Below are positions 57,222 through 64,000 of a DNA stretch of 64,000 nt, one piece after another. The translations under genes were made by a program, and so were the position numbers. Positions within the stretch are counted from its first letter, which is position 1. Each line of letters starts with the position of its first letter. The stretch is from Salibacteraceae bacterium (GTDB lineage Bacteria > Bacteroidota > Bacteroidia > Flavobacteriales_D > Crocinitomicaceae). The stretch covers positions 2,624 through 66,623 of the forward strand of contig JBLHVW010000003.1 of NCBI GenBank assembly GCA_047628775.1, in the 5' to 3' direction. A model generated the notes under the pieces. It did not search any database. It was given only the letters and a program-made list of their open reading frames with translations, and had not been told where the DNA came from.

Positions 57222-59632
57222 TGAAGGTTCTTCTTCTCATTGTCTCACTTGTTTGTACAACTTTTTGTATGGGGCAAACCTTGACGGATGTTGCAATTAG
57301 TCAGAACATCACGTATACTCAAAGCACAACTGACAATCGGGCAAACGGAATGTCGTTTTATGATTTTAACGAAGATGGATGGGATGACTTAACGCTACCA
57401 GTGAATAATGACTCTATAGTTTTCTACAAAAACGTGAATGGAAATTTTCAACAAATCGGTTCCTACATTGATGCAATTGGTTATGTGAGACAAATACTTT
57501 GGGTGGATTATGACAATGATTTGGATTTAGATATCTGTGTTTCCTACGAAGATGCTGGTATTCGCTTGTACCAAAACGATGGCGCTTTTAATTTTACCGA
57601 CATCACTGCCGCAGCTGGAATATCAATCATTCCATTTATTGCATACGGATTCTCCTTCGCAGATCCGGACACAGATGGCGATTTGGACTTTTACGTATGT
57701 TCGCATGAAATAATTGGCCAGGTTGTTTCTCCTGTTCAAAACAAGTATTACGAAAACCAAGGGAACGGAACATTCATTGAAAAAGCACAACTACTGAATA
57801 TTGACAATGGATTTCAACCGACTTTTATGCCTGTTTGGTTCGATTACAACAATGATCATTTACTGGATTTAGGTCTAATCAACGATAAAGAATTTTGGAA
57901 CGATGCCCTGTATCAAAATATGGGAAATGGCACCTATCAAGACGTTGCAACAACAGTTGGAATATCTAACGATGGTCACGATCCAATGTCGTTATCGATA
58001 GCTGATTTCAATAATGACGGTTACCAAGATATTTTCAAAACAGACATTGGAAATGACGTTATCGTAAATGGCTATGCCATGGACTATAAACTTTACAGAA
58101 ACAATTCAGGTGTCAACTTTACAGATATCGCTCAAAGCATAAATTTAGATACCAACATGTTTGCATGGGGTTCTTTGTGGGTCGATTACGACAACGATTG
58201 TTTTGAAGACTTGTACATTGCAACTACTTTTGGAACAGGATATTCTTCTTTGCTGTATAAAAACAATAATGGACAATCGTTCGAACTCATGAACGATTCC
58301 ATTAATGGTAACACCATCAGTTCTTCCTTTTGTCCTGTAAAAGGCGACATTGATAACAATGGTTTTTACGATATTGTTGTACTGAACGATAATGCTATCC
58401 CAAACGTGTTGTTGAACAGCGGGAATGCAAACAACTATATCAAAATTGACTTACTGGGAACTTTTTCGAATCAAAAAGGAATAGGCTCCACTATAGAAGT
58501 ATATGCCAATGGTGAGCATCAAACACAAACTGTTTTCTGTGGAAGTGGACTCTGCGCTCAAAATTCACAGCACAAAATATTTGGTCTTGGCACTGCGACA
58601 ACTATTGATTCATTGATAGTAACTTTCCCAAGTGAAATTGTAGTTCGACAGTTTGATCTTGCAGCCAATACAAATTACCAAATCATTGAACAGGTAACCG
58701 AAGTCATAGATCTGAATCAAGGAGCGAATACGATCTATGCCTGTGAAGGTGTACTACTTGAACTTGGCGTTCCAGGCCTCTACAATTACCAATGGAACAC
58801 AGGAAGTCAGGATTCTATAATCACAGTTCTATCACAAGGGAGTTATTCATTCGAAGCGACCAATTTTGCGGGTGACACTTTGTATATTTCCTCGCCGTTA
58901 TATGTGGATTACGAAACGCTCTTAACCTATCAAGAAGTAATTAATCAACCGCCTTGTGGAGCGATAAATAATGGCTCCATTGAATTGTTGCTAAATCCTA
59001 GCTCCATTGTATTTGAAGTCTATTGGTCGAATGGAATCCTAGGAACAATGAACAATAATCTATCTGCCGGTCAGTACTCCTATACCATTCTAACCAATGG
59101 TGATTGCAATTACTCGGGATCTATTACGATTGAAAATGCACCGCAATTTACAGTTCAATACATAACAGCGCCCGCAACAGACACTTCTTTGGGCTCGGTT
59201 AATTTGTTCATCTGGGGTGGCGTTGCACCGTATATATATACAATATTAGGCGATACAGTAAACAGTCCAATTACAGATTTATCTGCTGGGAATTACGATG
59301 TAATTGTAACAGACGCTTATGGGTGCGCCGACACCGTTTTATTTACGATTAATGACCTGTCTACAGGTAGTGTGTCTGAAACGGTAATTGATGCTTCTAA
59401 AATATACTTCAGTGATGGATATGTTTGGGTATGCGATGTAAACTCAAATGAAATACAACACATTGAAGTCTTCGATATGCTTGGAACTCTAATTCTAGAT
59501 AAACACAATTGGGAAACGGATGCTGATAAGAATTGTAGAATAAAAATGCTCGAGTCTGCAGCTTCAGGCTTGTATCGAATTGTGGTAACCCATGATTCAT
59601 TCGTAGAATCAGCTACTATTTTCGTAAGATAG
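57221..59632 (+). CDS. CRTAC1-like protein (FG-GAP/VCBS repeats + ASPIC/UnbV domain) with C-terminal sorting domain
   Basis: FG-GAP motifs (DFNEDGWDDL, DPDTDGDLDFY, DFNNDGYQDIF, DIDNNGFYDIV). UnbV-like IKIDLLGTFSNQKGIGSTIEVYANGEHQTQTVFCGSGLCAQNSQHKIFGLG. The start overlaps the upstream stop (TAATG). Confidence 0.8.
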   Translation: MKVLLLIVSLVCTTFCMGQTLTDVAISQNITYTQSTTDNRANGMSFYDFNEDGWDDLTLPVNNDSIVFYKNVNGNFQQIGSYIDAIGYVRQILWVDYDNDLDLDICVSYEDAGIRLYQNDGAFNFTDITAAAGISIIPFIAYGFSFADPDTDGDLDFYVCSHEIIGQVVSPVQNKYYENQGNGTFIEKAQLLNIDNGFQPTFMPVWFDYNNDHLLDLGLINDKEFWNDALYQNMGNGTYQDVATTVGISNDGHDPMSLSIADFNNDGYQDIFKTDIGNDVIVNGYAMDYKLYRNNSGVNFTDIAQSINLDTNMFAWGSLWVDYDNDCFEDLYIATTFGTGYSSLLYKNNNGQSFELMNDSINGNTISSSFCPVKGDIDNNGFYDIVVLNDNAIPNVLLNSGNANNYIKIDLLGTFSNQKGIGSTIEVYANGEHQTQTVFCGSGLCAQNSQHKIFGLGTATTIDSLIVTFPSEIVVRQFDLAANTNYQIIEQVTEVIDLNQGANTIYACEGVLLELGVPGLYNYQWNTGSQDSIITVLSQGSYSFEATNFAGDTLYISSPLYVDYETLLTYQEVINQPPCGAINNGSIELLLNPSSIVFEVYWSNGILGTMNNNLSAGQYSYTILTNGDCNYSGSITIENAPQFTVQYITAPATDTSLGSVNLFIWGGVAPYIYTILGDTVNSPITDLSAGNYDVIVTDAYGCADTVLFTINDLSTGSVSETVIDASKIYFSDGYVWVCDVNSNEIQHIEVFDMLGTLILDKHNWETDADKNCRIKMLESAASGLYRIVVTHDSFVESATIFVR

Positions 59633-59695
59633 ATACGTCTAGTTCTGGGATTTTTAATAGTGATTATTGCCCCTGTTCTATAAAAAAACATTCAC

Positions 59696-60169
59696 ATGAA
59701 TCGACTCATCAAATTTTTTCCGTTTAAAACCCATCACTTAATAGCCGGAATTCTTTTACTAATAATCATTGGTTGTTCAACTAAAGATAGCGATCAGGAT
59801 TCGGATCAAAAATACAATGTTGTTCATTCCGTGCAGTCCATGGATAAAAATGGAACTAACGTCTCGTACAAAGTAAAATATGATATCATAGCAAAGACAG
59901 CATTAAGCAATGTCGAAATTGATGAGATTCAATTAAAAACGAAATGGGTTGTTTCTGATGTTCTTGAGTTTTTTACTTATGAGGATTGCTTGTTCAAAAG
60001 AGATTCCGTTGAAACCATAATTATCAGAGAAGTTCTGATGAAAAACAAAACCGATTACACACACCTGGAATCGTTAATTATTGAGGAGGTTGCAATTCCC
60101 GAGCAGATTCTTAAACTGATAATCGCTCGACACGGCGAGTTTAAAGACAAAAACATTGTCGGTCAATAA
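59696..60169 (+). CDS. hypothetical lipoprotein
   Basis: 157 aa, lipobox LIIIGC. Confidence 0.55.
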   Translation: MNRLIKFFPFKTHHLIAGILLLIIIGCSTKDSDQDSDQKYNVVHSVQSMDKNGTNVSYKVKYDIIAKTALSNVEIDEIQLKTKWVVSDVLEFFTYEDCLFKRDSVETIIIREVLMKNKTDYTHLESLIIEEVAIPEQILKLIIARHGEFKDKNIVGQ

Positions 60170-60216
60170 AGAAATACATCCAATTTAGCTTTGCTATTTA
60201 CAACCTTTAATGAACT

Positions 60217-60822
60217 ATGAAATTTCTATTTTCACTCCTTCTGTTTGGCCTGTTCGGATGCACTTCTACTCCATCTGAGAACTCAAAAATTATACATCAG
60301 GAGAAATTAAATTCCACTTTTGTTAATTTAATTGTAAAGACAAATCTCGGCGCTGATGTTGATCTGGAATTTCTTGTTTATTATCGAGGAAACCATGATT
60401 TTAACGACGCAGTAAATGGAAAAAATAGGCATTTTCACAAGGCTCTGAAAGACTCACTTCGTCAGTTTACTGTCTATGAAATGTATATGTCCAAAAGGAG
60501 ATCAATCGATTCTATCACTCGAAGTATTGTTGAAAATGAATTTAAAAAGAGTCCGATAAAAATAGAGAGATTGGAACTTGGGATGATTGAAATTCCTAAA
60601 AAAGACATGGAGAGATTCTTGAGAAATGATAAATTAAAAAACCAAATTGTTGAAGCTTTAAATGAAGTTCATGATAATTATCTATTACTAAAACAAAAAC
60701 TTGAAACAGATAAATCCTTATCCCAAAGAGAAAGAATTGCTATTGAAAAAGAAATGTCAATTCTTGATAAGGACATGGACTCAATACAGAAAAAAGGGCG
60801 AGAGCTTATTCTTGAAAAGTAA
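60217..60822 (+). CDS. hypothetical lipoprotein
   Basis: 201 aa, lipobox LFGLFGC, coiled-coil-like C-terminus. Confidence 0.55.
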   Translation: MKFLFSLLLFGLFGCTSTPSENSKIIHQEKLNSTFVNLIVKTNLGADVDLEFLVYYRGNHDFNDAVNGKNRHFHKALKDSLRQFTVYEMYMSKRRSIDSITRSIVENEFKKSPIKIERLELGMIEIPKKDMERFLRNDKLKNQIVEALNEVHDNYLLLKQKLETDKSLSQRERIAIEKEMSILDKDMDSIQKKGRELILEK

Positions 60823-60971
60823 GGAATGGCGAACACTTCCTACTTATTCAACTATATGAAGGTTGAAGACAATGTTCTTATTGGAAGAACCCAGGTGCAC
60901 TAAATAAATTGTTCTTCGATTTCACTTTATTTCGAATATAGGTAATTCAATGGCACTCTTATAAAACGTAC

Positions 60972-62645
60972 CTAGCTCTTACTATTCAGCAATTCTTGCG
61001 TTATAACTCCGATAAGAATAACAACTCCACATCCAATAAAATTGTACATTAAGTAACTCAATTCTATCACTTCATACGATACCATTAGATGGACAATTAG
61101 AACCGTGATTTGACCAACAATACCTCCAATTAAAGCTGCAGTTCCCTTTGTAGATTTAAAGAACAAAGCCAACAAAAACACGCCTAAAATTGTACCGTAG
61201 AACAAAGAGCCTAAAATGTTTACCAATTGAATCAGGTTTTCAAACATCCCAGCCGTAAGTGCAATTAAGATTGCCATTAGTCCCCAACCCACTGTCAACA
61301 ATTTACTGACGCGAAGGTCCTTTTTATCATCGTCTGATTTGGACCAAAACTTTTTGTAATAGTCAATGGTTGTTGTTGCGGCAAGTGCATTCAATTCACC
61401 AGCAGTAGATGACATGGCGGCGGAAAAGATAACAGCCAAGAGCAATCCGATTAATCCGTGCGGAAGAAAATTCAAAATAAACGTGAGGAAAATATAATCT
61501 GAATCTTTGACTTCAAAATTGGGATCAATTTTATGGAGCGATTTCTTGTAGCTCCCTCGCAGTGAATCTTGTTGAGTTTGTAATTTCTGAATAGCAACAT
61601 TCTCATCGACATTTGAGTCCTTGAATTCTTTCAAAAGAACGCGTTTCTCTTCAAAAACGACATCGTACTCCGTTTCAATTGCCTTCAATCCACGTTCTTC
61701 AGTAGCAGTCATTTCAACGTTCACAGTGTTAAAGACAATGGGGGGCTTATTGAACTGAAAGGAAACAAATACCATCACACCAATGAACAAAATAAAGAAC
61801 TGCATCGGAACTTTCAATAATCCATTGAACATCAACCCCATTCTCGATTCTTTCAAGGATTTACCACCCAAATAGCGTTGCACTTGCGATTGATCCGTTC
61901 CGAAATACGAGACGAAAAGAAAAAGTCCACCAGTAAGCCCTGAAAGCAGTGTATAGCGATTGCCAAGATCCGTAGACAAATCAATGATTTCCATTTTCCC
62001 CAAACTTCCAGCAATATCCACTCCTTCCATGAATCCAATATTCTCTGGAAAGCTTTCAACTACAAAGTAGAAGGCGATGAACATCCCGGTCATAATAATC
62101 CCCATTTGCCATTTCTGCGTCAGGGAAACCGCTCTACTTCCACCCGAGACCGTGTAGATAATTACGAGTCCACCAATCAAGAGACAGGTAAGTTGAAGGT
62201 TCCATCCTAAAATAGTCGATAGAATAATGGAAGGTGCGTAGATTGTGATTCCAGCAGCCAAACCACGTGAAACCAAAAACAGAAAAGCAGTAAAGGATCG
62301 CACTCTGACATCAAAGCGTTCCTCTAAATATTGATAGGCCGTGTAAACTTTAAGACGGTAGTACACGGGCAAGAAGAAAATGGAAATTAGGATCATCGCA
62401 AGCGGCAATCCAAAATAGAATTGTATGAATCCCATTCCACTTTCATAGGCTTGTCCAGGTGTCGACAAAAAGGTAATTGCACTGGCTTGAGTGGCCATAA
62501 TCGACAATCCAATTGTTGCCCAATTTTCGGTGTTATTGCCTTTTAAGTAACTCTCTAAATTGCTATTCTTACGGGTTTTCCATGTTCCATACGCCACAAT
62601 TACGATAAGCGTAGTCATTAATACAAACCAATCAATTCCACTCAT
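60972..62645 (-). CDS. sodium:solute symporter family transporter
   Basis: 557-aa protein with 13 or more TM segments and SSF-like blocks (ATQASAITFLSTPGQAY, IYTVSGGSRAV, GTDQSQVQRYL). Confidence 0.85.
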   Translation of the reverse strand: MSGIDWFVLMTTLIVIVAYGTWKTRKNSNLESYLKGNNTENWATIGLSIMATQASAITFLSTPGQAYESGMGFIQFYFGLPLAMILISIFFLPVYYRLKVYTAYQYLEERFDVRVRSFTAFLFLVSRGLAAGITIYAPSIILSTILGWNLQLTCLLIGGLVIIYTVSGGSRAVSLTQKWQMGIIMTGMFIAFYFVVESFPENIGFMEGVDIAGSLGKMEIIDLSTDLGNRYTLLSGLTGGLFLFVSYFGTDQSQVQRYLGGKSLKESRMGLMFNGLLKVPMQFFILFIGVMVFVSFQFNKPPIVFNTVNVEMTATEERGLKAIETEYDVVFEEKRVLLKEFKDSNVDENVAIQKLQTQQDSLRGSYKKSLHKIDPNFEVKDSDYIFLTFILNFLPHGLIGLLLAVIFSAAMSSTAGELNALAATTTIDYYKKFWSKSDDDKKDLRVSKLLTVGWGLMAILIALTAGMFENLIQLVNILGSLFYGTILGVFLLALFFKSTKGTAALIGGIVGQITVLIVHLMVSYEVIELSYLMYNFIGCGVVILIGVITQELLNSKS

Positions 62646-62800
62646 GATCCGTACGAATTAGTGATCCATAAATACACAATAATCTGAACGACCAAGAAAA
62701 CCATCAATCCAATGTACCAACCCTTCCAATTCGTTGAGTCTTTCTCTTGTTCGGGTTCCGGCACGTGGTCTAGCCCTTGGTCCAGCTCTTCATCACTCAT
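62642..62800 (-). CDS. small single-TM protein translationally coupled between two genes
   Basis: Below the ORF track length cutoff. The minus strand encodes MSDEELDQGLDHVPEPEQEKDSTNWKGWYIGLMVFLVVQIIVYLWITNSYGS. ATGA overlaps occur at both ends (62797-62800 and 62642-62645). Confidence 0.5.
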   Translation of the reverse strand: MSDEELDQGLDHVPEPEQEKDSTNWKGWYIGLMVFLVVQIIVYLWITNSYGS

Positions 62801-64000
62801 GGCTCATAACTTAAAATGTTAGCAAATAGGCGGTAGGCCCCAATCACACCATTTGGTAGCTCACGGAAAAACGAAATTCCAGAATAGACAAATTGTCCTT
62901 TTCCATATTTCGCAACAATCAAAGCTCCCGTTTGTGCTTCTTCACCTTGATCCGCCCAGGAGAAAAGAGGCGTATACTGCTTGTCCCAATTGTTGGCAAA
63001 ATACAACCCTCGCTCTTGAACCCAATTTTCAAAATCGGTTTGCGTGATTTTATTTGGCGAATTCATGATTTGATGCTCTGGCGCTAAAAATATTACCTCC
63101 GCATCTTCTTCCGTCACTCGGTTTCTAGACAATTCAAAAGGATAAGGTCCAAATTGTTTTTCTGTAAATGAACGCGACGCTGTGTTGTACTGCATCACTA
63201 GATTCCCTCCATTTTCAACATAAGCATTCAATCGTTCTGAATAATTCGAAATTTCAGGGTGCACATTGTAAATACGAATTCCTAATACAACGGATTGGTA
63301 TTTCGTGAGGTCAATACTTGGGATGTCTTTCACTTCAAAAAAGTCAAGTTGGAAACCAAGTTGCTCAATAGCCTGTGGAACAGCATCATCGACACCTTTG
63401 ATATAGGCAATTCGTCCAGCTTTTATTTCTGCGTCAAGCACAGTACATTGCATAAATGCAGTTCTAAACAATGCTTGCGTTGGAATATGATCGTACGCAA
63501 TCTCCTTGTAGTTCAACAATTCCGTTCCGTCCTCTTGAGACAATTGAACGGCTCCTGGTTTTGCATCTTTGTCCGCCTCAATAGTTAAAACAAACCATTC
63601 TTCAGCATGCATGGTGTTGAACTCCAAGTGAATTTTATTTGGAGAAATTGTCCAGCCTTTTGGTGCCGTTATATTCAATGTTGTGTTTAAGCTGTCTCTA
63701 AAATTTTTGACTTTTATTCGAACTTCTTTTGGTTCCCCAGATTTTGTCAAGAGTTGTTGTTCTTCGAAACTAGCCGTATATCCTGGAGTAGAAATCAAAG
63801 GCCGACGTCGTTCACCGTAAGAAGGATCACGCCATTTATAGGTGGCAGGAATTGAAACAGTAAAGGGTTGGTCATCCACCAAAAAAGTAAATTTCACAGT
63901 AATACTTGGTTGGCTCTCTGGTGCGCAAAAATTGCTTGGATCTGTCACTTTAAAAGTAGCTTCAAAGGGTTCATTCAGCCAATACGGATTTGAAATATCC
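62797..64000 (-). CDS. C-terminal part of a large conserved protein (continues past window end); function not confidently recognised
   Basis: The reading frame stays open from 63948 to the window edge (…DISNPYWLNEPFEATFKVTDPSNF…). The C-terminal region (GGNLVMQYN...WVQERGLYF...GALIVAKYGKGQFVYSGISFFRELP) resembles the amidotransferase-like domain fused to PIG-L/LmbE-type deacetylases in Bacteroidota, but this is recollection only. Confidence 0.6.
   Translation of the reverse strand, partial: DISNPYWLNEPFEATFKVTDPSNFCAPESQPSITVKFTFLVDDQPFTVSIPATYKWRDPSYGERRRPLISTPGYTASFEEQQLLTKSGEPKEVRIKVKNFRDSLNTTLNITAPKGWTISPNKIHLEFNTMHAEEWFVLTIEADKDAKPGAVQLSQEDGTELLNYKEIAYDHIPTQALFRTAFMQCTVLDAEIKAGRIAYIKGVDDAVPQAIEQLGFQLDFFEVKDIPSIDLTKYQSVVLGIRIYNVHPEISNYSERLNAYVENGGNLVMQYNTASRSFTEKQFGPYPFELSRNRVTEEDAEVIFLAPEHQIMNSPNKITQTDFENWVQERGLYFANNWDKQYTPLFSWADQGEEAQTGALIVAKYGKGQFVYSGISFFRELPNGVIGAYRLFANILSYEP

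Noticed and set aside
29266-60900. Search for an integrase/recombinase, transfer genes or toxin-antitoxin pairs that would make the accessory block an active mobile element
   Set aside because: None of the ORFs in the track shows tyrosine/serine recombinase, relaxase or conjugation motifs. The only transposase is the dead IS3 remnant. The block is therefore reported as relic insertions, not as an active integrative element.

Overview
AT-rich Bacteroidota (Flavobacteriia-like) chromosomal segment, inferred from the many predicted T9SS cargo proteins (type A and type B C-terminal sorting domains), FG-GAP/VCBS and SBBP repeat proteins, and lipoproteins. Positions 1-29.3 kb are mostly housekeeping. 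They carry a split metH behind a SAM-I riboswitch, a CotH/DgkA/FG-GAP/HTTM cluster, tRNA-Phe, coaX-OMP-lptC, a DUF5686 protein, kbl, GNAT, ChaN-like, DUF983 and AraC genes, leuA-leuC-leuD-leuB, and a gamma-carbonic-anhydrase-like (LbH) gene. Positions 29.3-60.9 kb look accessory and partly decayed. They hold an orphan LytTR response regulator, two paralogous FG-GAP T9SS proteins, a TIGR03032-like gene, a frameshifted gene, an SBBP/Ig-repeat T9SS protein and a collapsed histidine kinase. They also hold a 3-gene cassette, two DUF3494 ice-binding-family genes, an internally deleted IS3 remnant, a PAP2/vanadium-haloperoxidase-like T9SS protein coupled to a CRTAC1-like protein, and two lipoproteins. 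One ice-binding gene encodes about 1600 aa with 19 near-identical 51-aa repeats and a type B anchor. The accessory block is punctuated by repeated fragments of the 3' end of the gamma-CA-like gene (41.96, 43.91 and 60.86 kb), which may be relic attachment sites of serial insertions. No integrase is visible. The two leads I rate highest are the candidate T9SS-anchored DUF3494 ice adhesin and the gene-3'-end repeat structure that delimits the island. All family assignments rest on motif recognition by eye; no searches were run.
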